Below are positions 1 through 9,194 of a stretch of 32,323 nt of DNA, in pieces. Position 1 is the first letter of the stretch. Each line of letters opens with the position of its first letter. Source of the stretch: Planctomycetota bacterium. GTDB lineage: Bacteria; Planctomycetota; Planctomycetia; Planctomycetales; Planctomycetaceae. The position numbers were made by a program, and so were the translations under genes. The notes under the pieces are model-generated. The model did no database searches. It was not told the DNA's origin and saw only the letters and a list, made by a program, of their open reading frames with translations. Where the stretch lies: NCBI GenBank assembly GCA_043718305.1, contig JAYSVZ010000725.1:1-32323 (forward strand), in the 5' to 3' direction.

Positions 1-1
1 G

Positions 2-253
2 AGCGCAGCGGCGTGGGAGCGGCTCGCCGAGGTCGTGGCGAAACAGCCGGGGGCCCAGATTGTTCAACGCGATCCGGGCTACCTGCATGTCGAGTTTACC
101 TCGCGACTGATGCGTTATGTCGACGATGTGGAGTTTCGCCTCGACAGTGAGCAGAGCCTGATTCAGGTCCGCTCAGCGTCACGCGTGGGGCGGTCCGATC
201 TGGGAGCGAACCGCGAGCGGGTCGAAGCGATCCGAGTCGCCTTTGATCGCTAG
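2..253 (+). CDS. DUF1499-like protein, C-terminal fragment (5' end outside window)
   Basis: The frame is open from the window edge (codons from nt 2) to TAG 251-253. Tracked ORF 35..253 is only the part after the first in-window start. GYLHVEFTSRLMRYVDDVEFRL...IQVRSASRVGRSDLGANRERVE resembles the DUF1499 core as I recall it (not searched). Confidence 0.55.
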   Translation, partial: SAAAWERLAEVVAKQPGAQIVQRDPGYLHVEFTSRLMRYVDDVEFRLDSEQSLIQVRSASRVGRSDLGANRERVEAIRVAFDR

Positions 254-392
254 AGCACTTTCGCGGAACGAAAGGCGACGATGAGACAGTGGATTGTCGA
301 ACGAGACTGACTGCGTCCAGATTCTCCCAACACTGGACGCTCCGTTGGCGTAACAGATCGCGTCCCGAGTCTCACTCTCAAAAGGTTCGTCG

Positions 393-1088
393 ATGAAGTC
401 ACTGTTGTTACTCTTGGCCAGCGTGCTCACGCTCTCTGATGATTCGAATCGGGGAGCCTGCCTTCAATCGCTTCCGCCGGATGGAATATGGGTCGAGTAC
501 AACGTCACGATCACTGTGGCCGGGAAGGAGACCTTGGCCACTTGGAAGGCGCGTTCCGTCGGACAAACGACTCACGAGGGGCAGGCTTGCCGCTGGATCG
601 AACTCCAGCAAGCCTCCGAATCGGTGCAGTTCCCGAATATGACGTGGCGGCTGTTGATCCCGGAGCGGGAGTTCGGCGAGGGAAAACATCCCCTTGGCCA
701 CGCGAAAAAATTCTGGCTCAAACGCGAGGGGCAAGACGCCGAAACCGTCACCAGCATCGAATCGGTCGACCCGATCTTCAATGCTCTGACTCGGGGCCCG
801 ATCCAGGATCTGGAGAAGGAATCCTCGAAAGAAAAGATCAGTTGGCAGAATGGTGATCTGGAATGCGAGGTCGTTGCTGGCGGAAACGATGTCAAATTCG
901 ACAACGGGTTGTCGCTGACGATCAAGCAACGGGTCTTTCGAAACACGGAGATCCCCTTCGGTTTCGCCGGGTTCCACGCGGAGATTCCGCTCCCGCCCGC
1001 CGAGGCCAAGCAGGTGATTCAGGTGCGGATGACCCTCAAGGACCACGGCAAAAACGCCGAGCCGCAGCACCCGCAGTTGGGGCTGTAA
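393..1088 (+). CDS. hypothetical secreted protein
   Basis: 231-aa ORF with an ATG start and an N-terminal hydrophobic signal-like segment MKSLLLLLASVLTL. No family recognised. The overlapping ORFs in other frames look like GC artefacts. Confidence 0.6.
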   Translation: MKSLLLLLASVLTLSDDSNRGACLQSLPPDGIWVEYNVTITVAGKETLATWKARSVGQTTHEGQACRWIELQQASESVQFPNMTWRLLIPEREFGEGKHPLGHAKKFWLKREGQDAETVTSIESVDPIFNALTRGPIQDLEKESSKEKISWQNGDLECEVVAGGNDVKFDNGLSLTIKQRVFRNTEIPFGFAGFHAEIPLPPAEAKQVIQVRMTLKDHGKNAEPQHPQLGL

Positions 1089-1197
1089 GGCGAGCGGCCA
1101 GAAGAGCCTCCCAGTAGGACGGCCTTTCCAGGCCGTCCCGAGCGAACGCGTAATTCACGAATGGCCGGACGGAGTGGGTCGTGAGGTTGGCCTTCGC

Positions 1198-1791
1198 TCC
1201 GGGACGGGCAGGAATGCCCGTCCTTCCTACACATCGTGTTCCTGCCTCCGAATCCCCATAAGAATGGCAACGGAAGCTGGATTTCAACGCCAAGGCGCAG
1301 AGTCGCGAAGGAAGAGGCAGGCATGATCCGAGGGTTGCTTCTCCGGGGATTACTTCACGGGCAGAAAACTCGTGAAGATCGAGGCTTTGTTGGGATGACT
1401 TAACTCTCGGCCCATCCCGGAGGGATGTGAGATATTAGCCGGTGGTTGAGCGCGGTTGAGCGCCAGCGACACCACCGGAAAACGCCCCCGAAGCGGGCCG
1501 CATCCTGGAGGGATGCCAGAATCTCGCAGCCTCGCGAACCGGCGTTCTGGCATCCCTTCAGGATGCAATCGATTGTTGTAGGGCACCGGTGGTGTCGCTG
1601 GCGCTCAACCACCGGCTAATTTCTGAGACCCCGACCGGGGTCGGCAAGCCACATTCGCACTCCATCGACGAGTGGCCGGAATTCGCGACTTCACCCTTCA
1701 CCCTTCCCCCTTTGCGACTCTGCGCCTTGGCGTCTTTGCGTTGTCCACCTCCGAGTTGTGTCGAAGGGACGGGCAGGAATGCCCGTCCTAC
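1198..1791. repeat. nested compound palindrome built from three repeat families
   Basis: Outer pair: identical 22-mers ggacgggcaggaatgcccgtcc at 1202-1223 and 1767-1788, each itself a palindrome. Next pair: cgccaaggcgcagagtcgc (1288-1306) against its reverse complement gcgactctgcgccttggcg (1714-1732). Inner pair: the 1435-1642 inverted pair. A related palindrome ggacggcctttccaggccgtcc lies at 1117-1138. Confidence 0.85.
1435..1642. repeat. tail-to-tail inverted pair of a ~90-100-nt element (ttagccggtggttgagcgccagcgacaccaccgg ... gcatcctg.agggatgccagaa)
   Basis: The plus-orientation copy is 1435-1521, with an internal 10-nt duplication cggttgagcg. The minus-orientation copy is 1545-1642 and includes the hairpin gacccc-gacc-ggggtc at 1627-1642. 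A third copy lies inside the big CDS at 29969-30068. Confidence 0.85.
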
Positions 1792-1911
1792 GGGGATCGT
1801 ATTTCTGGCCGCTCGCCTCAGCGGTCTGGGACAGATCGAGACGCTTCTCGTGAAATCGCTGCTCGATAAGATTGTGGAGAAGCGTTTCGATTCGTTCTTC
1901 CAGTGACCTGA

Positions 1912-2415
1912 TTGATGACCCCGACTGATCGTTCTCCTCAGATCGCACTCAAGGAGTGGGCGGTGGTTTGCCGCGCTTTGGCGGTGGGTGTGCAAACCGT
2001 GTTGTTGCGCAAGGGGGGCATCGCCGAACCGGACGGCGAATTCCGTTGCGAACACGCCTCGTTTTGGTTGTATCCCACCCGGTTTCATCAAGGACCGGAG
2101 TCTTTGACAGCAGCTGGAACTTCGCTATTGGAGGGGCTCATCATTCCGAGTCACCCCGGAGTCGTCCCGATCTCTCTGTTCGTCGAGGTCGGGGAGGTGC
2201 GGCGGGTGACCGAACTGGCCCAATTGACTCCCTACCTCGACCGCCAGATCCTGGCCCCGGAAGTGGTGAGCCAGCGATTTCATTACAAACGTTCTGAGCT
2301 GTTCGTGATTGAAATCGAGCAGATCACGATCGTGAATCCATTTGAGGTCGAAGAGACTCCCGCGATGGCCGGGTGCCATAGTTGGGTCGAGCTCCCGGAC
2401 TTCATGGGGCTTTAG
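1912..2415 (+). CDS. DUF1802-like protein
   Basis: 167-aa ORF. The N-terminal ALKEWAVVCRALAVGVQTVLLRKGGIAEPDGEF...FWLYPTRFHQ matches my recollection of the DUF1802 signature (KEWA..AL..G.Q..LLRKGGI.E..F....F.L.PT..HQ). Confidence 0.6.
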   Translation: MMTPTDRSPQIALKEWAVVCRALAVGVQTVLLRKGGIAEPDGEFRCEHASFWLYPTRFHQGPESLTAAGTSLLEGLIIPSHPGVVPISLFVEVGEVRRVTELAQLTPYLDRQILAPEVVSQRFHYKRSELFVIEIEQITIVNPFEVEETPAMAGCHSWVELPDFMGL

Positions 2416-2541
2416 AGCCTTCAGCCAGCACCCTCTGGCTCCCCCCGGGAGAGAGACTGGGGGGAGCGTGGCGAGACGACTCCCGAATTGACTCCGGCGG
2501 ATGGCCGAATGCGGCAACTGAAGACCAATGGCGAAAGCGCT

Positions 2542-5163
2542 CTATCTCGACTCGAGCGCACCAACTAGGTACGCCCGACCCGCCGCCAACGCTTCCTCCA
2601 GCTTCTCCGGCATGCGGCCCCCGGCTTCGGCCATGTCGGGCTTGCCGCCGCCGCCGCCGCCGGCGATGGCGGCGGCGGCTTTGACGCAGTCTCCGGCTTT
2701 GGCTTTCTTGATCTGGTCCTTGCTGACAGCGGCGATGAAGGCCACCTTGTCTTCGATCACAGCTCCGAGCAGCACAGCCACGGTCCCACCGTTCGCGATC
2801 AGATCGTTGGCGTAGAGTCGCAGTTGATCGCGGTCGACTTTCTCTAGCTTCTGGCAGATCAGCTTGGAGCCACCAATGGTTTCGGCACTGGCCAGAAGCT
2901 TCGCCGCGTTCTGGGCGACGGCGGCCTTACTGTAGATCGCGATCTCTTGCTTGAGGGCGCGGATCTCATCTTGCATCGCGGTGACACGGCCTGGGATCTC
3001 GCGCTGTGGAGACTTGAGGGCGGCACCGAGTTGCTTGAGTAAGGTGTCCTGCTCGCGAACGCTGTCGATGGCCTTCTCGCCGGTCAGAGCGGTGATCCGG
3101 CGGACCCCGGCGGAGATCGGTTCTTCGGCGATGACGCGGCACAGGCCGACTTGTCCCGTGCTGGCCAAGTGGATGCCGCCGCAGAGTTCTTTACTGAAGT
3201 CGCCCATCGAGACCATACGGACGATGTCCGGGTACTTCTCGCCGAACAGGGCCATCGCACCGGACGCTTTGGCCTCTTCAATCTTCATGAAGTGGATCGA
3301 GACCGCAGCCCCTTCGACGATCTTTTCGTGGATGATCTTCTCGACTTGGAGTAACTCGTCGGGCGTCATCGCCGAGCCGTGTGAGAAGTCGAATCGCAGT
3401 TGATCGTTGTCGACCTTTGACCCACGCTGCGTGGCGTGGTGGCCGATGACTTGATGCAGTGCGTGATGCAGGATGTGCGTCGCCGAGTGAGCGCGGCGGA
3501 TGCCCGCGCGGCGTACCGGATCAACGGCGGCTTTGATGGTGTCGCCGACCTTGATTGAGCCGGACTTTAGTGTGCCCGTATGCACGAGCAGTCCCGCATG
3601 CTTCTGGCAATCAGAGACTTCGAACTGGCCCTGTCCGCTCAGCAAGCCGCTGTCGCCGACTTGTCCGCCCGACTCTCCGTAAAAGGGGGACTGGTCGAGG
3701 ATGACTTGAGCGGTGACGCCGAATTGGTGGAGTTCGGTCACGAGTTCGAGCGATCCATCGTGGACTTCCAGAATGCCCACCACTCGGGCAGTCGACTCGG
3801 TGGCCTCGTAAGCGAGGAACTTCGTGTCGCCGACTTCCTGCTGAATCTTGTCCAGCGGTCCCGCGGACATCACACCCCACGACCCCTGGCCGCTCTTTTC
3901 CTTGTGCGATAGCTCGGCTTCCCGGAAGCCGATGTTGTCGACCGTCAGACCGCGATCCGTCGCAAGAGCTGAGGTCAGGTCGAAGACGAACCCATCGGTC
4001 TGGTGCAGGTCAAACACCGCCTCGCCGGGCAGCACCGAACCTCCATCCTGGCGGACCTTCTCGACGAGCTTGTCGAACTTCGATAGCCCGCGATCGATCG
4101 TGGCCAGGAACGTCGACTCTTCATCGCGGATCGTGTTCACCACGCTCCGCTCGGTCTGCGTGATGTCGGGGTACGGGCCTTTCATGAGGTTGATGACCGT
4201 CGGCACCAGCGTGTGCAGGAACGGCTCCTGCTTCCCGAGTAGATACCCTTCGAGCAACGCCCGCCGCAGCAGCAGCCGAATAATGTACTCGGCCCCATTG
4301 GCCCCGGGAGCGACCCCTTCGTGGATCGCGAACGCACAGGCCCGCACGTGGTCGGCGATGCGGCGCATCGCGCGGCCCGACTGGCCCGCGTACTCGTACG
4401 TCACGCCGACCGCATCACCCGCCGCGATACAGAGCGGCTTGAGGGAGTCGATCTCGAAGTTGCTCAAGACCCCCTGCATCACGCTGGCTGTGCGCTCGAG
4501 TCCCATCCCCGTGTCGATGTTCTTCTTCGGCAGCGGATGCAGATTGTTCGGCGGACCACCGACGCGGTTGTACTGCGTGAAGACCAGGTTCCAGATCTCG
4601 ACTGGCTCTTTGGCTCCGGGGGTCAGGTAGTAGATCTCGCTGCACGGACCGCACACGCCGTCCGGTCCCTGCGAGGGAGCCGACGCGGGCCAGAAGTTCT
4701 CGGCTTCATCGAGCCGCGAAATCCGGCTCGGGTCGAGGCCGATCTCCTTGTTCCAGATGCCAAACGCCTCGTCATCATCCAGGTACACCGTCACTGTCAG
4801 CCGGTCTTTCTCCAGCCCCAGCCACTGCTTCGAGGTCAGGAACTCCCACGCCCAGTGGATCGCCTCCTTCTTGAAGTACCCGCCAAACGAGAAGTTCCCG
4901 AGCATCTCAAAGAACGTGTGGTGCCGAGTCGTGACCCCGACGTTCCCGATGTCGCCGGTGCGGACACACTTCTGGCACGTCGTGGCCGCCGTGAAGTCGA
5001 TCGGCCCGATGCCGAGGAACTGGTTCTTGAACTGGTTCATCCCCGCCGGAGTGAACAGCACGGTCTTATCCGCGCGCGGCACCAGCACATCGCTCGGACG
5101 GCGGACGCACCCCTTCGACTGAAAGAACGAGAGGTACTTTTCGCGGAGTTCGTCGGTTTTCAT
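2542..5163 (-). CDS. alaS: alanine--tRNA ligase
   Basis: 873 aa counted from the internal ATG at 5163 ([19 protein letters not shown]...). Class II core [10 protein letters not shown], editing-domain [11 protein letters not shown] and CGGIH, and C-terminal DHHA1 motif [14 protein letters not shown] are present. The tracked ORF runs to 5325, but those 54 extra residues have no AlaRS counterpart. Confidence 0.95.
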   Translation of the reverse strand: MKTDELREKYLSFFQSKGCVRRPSDVLVPRADKTVLFTPAGMNQFKNQFLGIGPIDFTAATTCQKCVRTGDIGNVGVTTRHHTFFEMLGNFSFGGYFKKEAIHWAWEFLTSKQWLGLEKDRLTVTVYLDDDEAFGIWNKEIGLDPSRISRLDEAENFWPASAPSQGPDGVCGPCSEIYYLTPGAKEPVEIWNLVFTQYNRVGGPPNNLHPLPKKNIDTGMGLERTASVMQGVLSNFEIDSLKPLCIAAGDAVGVTYEYAGQSGRAMRRIADHVRACAFAIHEGVAPGANGAEYIIRLLLRRALLEGYLLGKQEPFLHTLVPTVINLMKGPYPDITQTERSVVNTIRDEESTFLATIDRGLSKFDKLVEKVRQDGGSVLPGEAVFDLHQTDGFVFDLTSALATDRGLTVDNIGFREAELSHKEKSGQGSWGVMSAGPLDKIQQEVGDTKFLAYEATESTARVVGILEVHDGSLELVTELHQFGVTAQVILDQSPFYGESGGQVGDSGLLSGQGQFEVSDCQKHAGLLVHTGTLKSGSIKVGDTIKAAVDPVRRAGIRRAHSATHILHHALHQVIGHHATQRGSKVDNDQLRFDFSHGSAMTPDELLQVEKIIHEKIVEGAAVSIHFMKIEEAKASGAMALFGEKYPDIVRMVSMGDFSKELCGGIHLASTGQVGLCRVIAEEPISAGVRRITALTGEKAIDSVREQDTLLKQLGAALKSPQREIPGRVTAMQDEIRALKQEIAIYSKAAVAQNAAKLLASAETIGGSKLICQKLEKVDRDQLRLYANDLIANGGTVAVLLGAVIEDKVAFIAAVSKDQIKKAKAGDCVKAAAAIAGGGGGGKPDMAEAGGRMPEKLEEALAAGRAYLVGALESR

Positions 5164-5415
5164 CGGATCGGACACACGGAGGCTGCGGATGGTGAAGGGG
5201 GATTCTAGGGAGGAAGCCGGGCGGGCTGAAGGGAGAATGCTTCCCCGAACACGCGGTGTCATGCGGCCCAGTTCCATTGCAAGAGACAGACGAGGAGGCA
5301 TGAGGTTCTGTGACAATGGCCACACACCTAAATCCCAGCGGAATGCGGAGTCACCTCGGTTCCGCTAGAATCTCGCCAGCCGATCGCCGTCCCTGACCTT
5401 TTTCTAAAGTCTCCC

Positions 5416-6459
5416 TTGACCGATTCCCCGTCCGACAAGCCGTCTCGCCGATCACGTTATCGCGGAACGCATCCCCGTCAATTCGGGGAGAAGTACAAAG
5501 AACTGCAGCCCGAGCGGTACGTGGAAGATGTCGCCAAGGTACTCGCCAGCGGCAAGACTCCCGCCGGGTCGCATCGGTCGATCATGGTTCGAGAGATTCT
5601 GGATGCCCTTCGTCCACGGGGTGGGGATATCGCTGTTGACTGCACGCTGGGATACGGCGGGCACTCGCGCGAGTTGCTGAAGAAGGTGCAACCCGGCGGG
5701 CGGTTGATCGCCCTGGACAATGACCCTCTGGAACTCCCGAAGAGTGAGGAGCGGTTACGGGCCTTGGGCTTTCCGGCGGAATCGCTGGTCGTGGTGCGGA
5801 CGAATTTTGCCGGAGTGTCGCGAACCTTGGCCGAGCATGCGCCCGAAGGGGTCGACATGCTACTGGCCGACTTGGGCCTCTCATCAATGCAGATCGACGA
5901 CCCGTCGCGCGGCTTCTCCTATAAACAGGATGGCCCGCTCGATATGCGGATGAACCCGCAACGCGGACACTCCGCAGCCGAGTGGCTCGACCAAATCGCC
6001 GTCGATGAACTGGCCCGGACGCTCTTTGACAATGCCGACGAGCCGCAGGCAGCCTACCTGGCCGAAAAGATTCTGGAGACTCAGTCGCGAAAGCCACTGA
6101 AGACGACGCAGGCGTTGACCGAAGTGATCCGCCGGGCGATGCCACGCGCGATGGAAGAGGCGATCAAAGAGACGCTGCAGCGAGTCTTTCAGGCGATCCG
6201 CATTGCGGTCAACGACGAGTTCGGCGTGCTGGATGCCTTGCTGCGGCAGATCCCGCAATGCGTCAAACCGGAGGGACGGATCGCAATCCTGACGTTCCAC
6301 TCAGGCGAGGACCGCCGCGTGAAGCTGGCCTTCAAGCAGGGGTTGGCCACGGGAGTCTATTCGAAGATCGCCGAAGACGTGATCCGGGCCTCGTTCGACG
6401 AGCAACGGTCCAACCCCCGCTCGAGCCCGGCCAAGTTACGCTGGGCGATCCGGGGATAG
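5416..6459 (+). CDS. rsmH: 16S rRNA (cytosine1402-N4)-methyltransferase RsmH/MraW
   Basis: Motifs DCTLGYGGHS, LLADLGLSSMQIDDPSRGFSY and ILTFHSGEDRRVK. The start is TTG at 5416 (most upstream start, uncertain), giving a ~50-aa basic N-terminal extension before the conserved H-x-x-(I/V)M..E region. Confidence 0.88.
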   Translation: MTDSPSDKPSRRSRYRGTHPRQFGEKYKELQPERYVEDVAKVLASGKTPAGSHRSIMVREILDALRPRGGDIAVDCTLGYGGHSRELLKKVQPGGRLIALDNDPLELPKSEERLRALGFPAESLVVVRTNFAGVSRTLAEHAPEGVDMLLADLGLSSMQIDDPSRGFSYKQDGPLDMRMNPQRGHSAAEWLDQIAVDELARTLFDNADEPQAAYLAEKILETQSRKPLKTTQALTEVIRRAMPRAMEEAIKETLQRVFQAIRIAVNDEFGVLDALLRQIPQCVKPEGRIAILTFHSGEDRRVKLAFKQGLATGVYSKIAEDVIRASFDEQRSNPRSSPAKLRWAIRG

Positions 6460-6467
6460 TCTAAAGA

Positions 6468-6549
6468 AACCCGGAGTGGGGAACACTAGAGCATTTTCAG
6501 AAGTGGTCTTCAGTGAGAATTCGCCCTCAACCCAGAGTGGGGAACACTA
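6468..6549 (+). repeat. two copies of 21-nt direct repeat aaccc(g/a)gagtggggaacacta, 61-nt period
   Basis: Copies at 6468-6488 and 6529-6549. The core ggaacacta recurs inverted (tagtgttcc / tagtgtttc) at 6641-6649 and 6777-6785. Confidence 0.7.
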
Positions 6550-6554
6550 ATCTT

Positions 6555-6817
6555 CACTGATCTTCACGAATCCCGAAGAGCTTTACGATTGAGCAGCAGC
6601 TCAAAAACCGGCTCCGGATGAGTGTTGATCAGCGTGGAGTTAGTGTTCCAAATCAGCAACTGAAGACCAGTTCGGAAACTGCTCTAAGGCCCACTGATCT
6701 TCACTAATCCAGAAGAGCCTTACGATTGAGCAGCACCTCAAACACGGCTCCGGATGAGTGTTGATCAGCGTGGAGTTAGTGTTTCAAATTTACGACCAAT
6801 TCCGAAACTGCTCTAAA
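6555..6817 (+). repeat. two tandem copies of a ~137-nt unit
   Basis: Unit 1 is 6555-6691 and unit 2 is 6692 to ~6817. Both read cactgatcttcac(g/t)aatcc..aagagc.ttacgattgagcagca.ctcaaa...ggctccggatgagtgttgatcagcgtggagttagtgtt, with about 90% identity by eye over the first ~95 nt. A 29-nt inverted repeat pairs 6486-6514 with 6659-6688. The last bases overlap the stop codon of the 6813..8363 gene. Confidence 0.8.
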
Positions 6818-8363
6818 TCTTCCGCCCCGTCCGATACCGGCCCCCTTCGGGGATGGGCGCGGATGGAGCGGGCGAGGAGTTAGTACGAACCCAGGTTGGC
6901 ATCGGGATCTCGGGGAGCGAGATCCCGCCGGGGCGGCTGCCGGAGTTCGATCCGCGGCGCTGGATGCTCCGTTCGACTCCGTGCCGGAGCGCAGCTCCGA
7001 CGACTTGGAGCATGGCATCGGCCAGCACGTGCGTCATGGGATGCGAGAGAACGTTCATCACGGCGTTCTCGCTCTCGGTCCGCACGAACTGTTGACGTTC
7101 CTTGAGTTCATTCCAGAGGGCATCGCGCGAGAGAATCCCTTGCTGATAGCGACTCAGGAGTTGCTCGATATCGAGACCGTCAGCAAACCGAGATTGGTCC
7201 GTGTTAAAGTTCGCTTGTTCGAACCGTCGTTGGATGAACTCCAGACCTCGCGATGACTCCAGCGTCGTTGCCGACTGCTGCGAAGCCGCAACGAGTTCCG
7301 GTCGTAAACGCTCAATCTCCCGCGTCAGAAAGGCAATCCGCGACACGATCTCATCATCGCGCGGATCGGCAGTGCGGGCTGCCTGCTGTTCGAGGACCGC
7401 GGTTTGCGTGTCCGTCAAGAAGGCTTGATACCGGGCGAGGGCCTCTTGATAGAACCGGCAATCGGCCTGCCCGATGGCGGTCAGTTCAGAATTGGCTTTC
7501 GCGACGAGTTGTCGCTGCTCTGTCTGCTTCTGGGTGAGGCGATCCAACTCCTGGCGGCTGATGGTTAACTCGCCTTGAGCTTGGGTCAGACCGACTTCAT
7601 CGGCCATCTGGTCATTGATCGCCTCGACAGCACTCATGCGTTCATGGAACTTAGAACGGCGAAGAGCGAGTTCCGCCTGCATGAGGGCGGGGGTCTTTTT
7701 GAGGAACTCGTACCCCTGCTTGGCCCGCGGATAGCCGATCAGGTTCGCCACCCACCGATCCATGCGTCGCGTCCAGCCGCGATCGGCATACCCCTCCGTC
7801 AGAAACCCACGCCGATGAAGATACATGAACAGCGCACTGCGTTCATAAGCGGGAAGCTTCTCTTGAGCATTCGCCTCGACATCCGCGACTCGCCGTTCAT
7901 CGTGTTGCAGGTCCGCTTCGGCTGCGATGGCCTCGCGTGACAAGGTGGGGAACTCAGCGTGGGCCTGCAACCGGCGCGAGACCTCCGCCTCGAGTTCCGC
8001 TTGAACGCCAGCCCGGCGTTTGATTTCGGCCTCAGTGGTCGCGATCTGCTGAGCGACTTGCTGGTCCGCTGCGACAAGACGCGCGATGCGGCCCTCGACT
8101 TCGGCGATGGTCCGGTCTTTCCGCTCCGCAATCTGAAGTAAGTCCCGTTGGATTTCAGAAAACGTCGACTGGATCGTCTCGCGCCGTAAGTCTGGCAAGG
8201 AGTGCCGGGCCAGATCGATGAGGGCCGCTCCGCGCTGCGAGACGAGTTCTTTAATCTCAGACTGACAGGACCGCTCGGCCTGCTCCGTCCGGTTCGCCGC
8301 CTCGCGAACCTCTTCGACGGTCTGCCGAATCCGCTGAAACAACTGGAGTCCCGAAGTCGGCAT
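6813..8363 (-). CDS. hypothetical coiled-coil protein (516 aa)
   Basis: Long ATG-initiated ORF rich in E/Q/R/A/L heptad-like stretches (N-terminal ~150 aa and residues ~250-400). It has a central segment LFMYLHRRGFLTEGYADRGWTRRMDRWVANLIGYPRAKQGYEFL. I see no P-loop, TM segment or other known motif. Confidence 0.65.
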   Translation of the reverse strand: MPTSGLQLFQRIRQTVEEVREAANRTEQAERSCQSEIKELVSQRGAALIDLARHSLPDLRRETIQSTFSEIQRDLLQIAERKDRTIAEVEGRIARLVAADQQVAQQIATTEAEIKRRAGVQAELEAEVSRRLQAHAEFPTLSREAIAAEADLQHDERRVADVEANAQEKLPAYERSALFMYLHRRGFLTEGYADRGWTRRMDRWVANLIGYPRAKQGYEFLKKTPALMQAELALRRSKFHERMSAVEAINDQMADEVGLTQAQGELTISRQELDRLTQKQTEQRQLVAKANSELTAIGQADCRFYQEALARYQAFLTDTQTAVLEQQAARTADPRDDEIVSRIAFLTREIERLRPELVAASQQSATTLESSRGLEFIQRRFEQANFNTDQSRFADGLDIEQLLSRYQQGILSRDALWNELKERQQFVRTESENAVMNVLSHPMTHVLADAMLQVVGAALRHGVERSIQRRGSNSGSRPGGISLPEIPMPTWVRTNSSPAPSAPIPEGGRYRTGRKI

Positions 8364-8386
8364 CAGCGATCCCCTGGGCGGCAGTT

Positions 8387-8849
8387 GGAGTCCAGGCTTT
8401 AGCCTGTCCGTGGAAAGTTCCCGTAGCCTGAACCCCTAGGTCCGGGCGAAACGGACCTGGGGGCCGTTCTACACACCAGGCAATCGTGGTCCCGTTTCCT
8501 TCTTCCGCCCCAACGGGGCACCCACAAATCAGACTGGGGCAGAGCGACCAGCGGGAGCGCCGCCCCAGGTTCCAGAGTTGTAGATTCGGCCTTAGCCCTG
8601 AAGGGGCGAAACAGAAATCGAGCTGGACCACCCGATGTGCCGCCCTTTCAGGGCTTGCCGAACCAGCGGACTCGATCCCCAGGGCGTGGCCCTGGGCTGG
8701 TTTGTCGGTGCCCCTTCGGGGCGGAAGAACGGAGCATGCATGCGATGGGGGCAAGTGCCGCTCGCAATCTGGCTTTGGTGATGGGCGACTTCCGCAGTGG
8801 CGGACTCGCCTGTCCGGAGCAGCCTAAAAGCGCCTCAAGGCTGGACTCC
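8387..8849. repeat. cluster of concentric inverted repeats (compound palindrome)
   Basis: ggagtccag (8387-8395) pairs with ctggactcc (8841-8849). 8492-8530 pairs with 8699-8732, each arm carrying gcccc-N4-ggggc. agccctgaaggggcg (8594-8608) pairs with cgccctttcagggct (8641-8655). There is a separate hairpin aggtccg-ggcgaaa-cggacct at about 8438-8458. Confidence 0.7.
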
Positions 8850-8859
8850 TACCCCGAGA

Positions 8860-9087
8860 CTACTTTCGGTTCCGGGCCTCAGAGCGTTTCATCGTCAGTT
8901 GCCGGAGACCCAGGATCACTCCGCCAACTAGCAGTGCGATCAGCATGACCGGCAGCAGATGAACCGGCTCGGCGGCATGCAGCGGACTCGACGGATCGGT
9001 CTCGCCATGACCCGGATGAGCCCCCGCTGCCGAGGCTCCCACCGCGAGAGCGAATGCCCCACCAAACTGCCGAATTGTTCGTCCCAT
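8860..9087 (-). CDS. small membrane-anchored protein (75 aa) with signal-like N-terminus and His-containing segment
   Basis: The internal ATG at 9087 is preceded by GAAGG about 9 nt upstream. The product is MGRTIRQFGGAFALAVGASAAGA-HPGHGETDPSSPLHAAEPVH-LLPVMLIALLVGGVILGL-RQLTMKRSEARNRK, that is signal-like, His/Pro segment, TM, basic tail. Short and unsupported by homology. Confidence 0.4.
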   Translation of the reverse strand: MGRTIRQFGGAFALAVGASAAGAHPGHGETDPSSPLHAAEPVHLLPVMLIALLVGGVILGLRQLTMKRSEARNRK

Positions 9088-9194
9088 GCTGCACACCTTC
9101 TCAGAACCACGTGATCTGAGCAGCGTATCATAGAGTGCGGCCCAGTCCAACATGTCGGTCTGCGCCAAAACTCGAAATTCGAGAAGGATACGGG

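Noticed and set aside
2636-2680. GCC/GCG trinucleotide run
   Set aside because: It is the reverse complement of the codons for the conserved AlaRS DHHA1 motif [14 protein letters not shown]. It is coding sequence, not a free microsatellite.
3848-5208. 260-aa and 295-aa plus-strand ORFs (3848..4630, 4321..5208)
   Set aside because: Both are antisense to alaS, whose identity is unambiguous.
5164-5325. 54-codon N-terminal extension of the alaS ORF in the track
   Set aside because: The AlaRS homology starts at [10 protein letters not shown] (ATG 5163). The extension is Ser/Arg/Pro-rich and has no counterpart in the family.
6468-6549. CRISPR-like look of a 21-nt repeat with a 40-nt spacer
   Set aside because: There are only two copies and no cas genes in the window. 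The repeats are part of a larger inverted/tandem repeat architecture rather than a repeat-spacer array.
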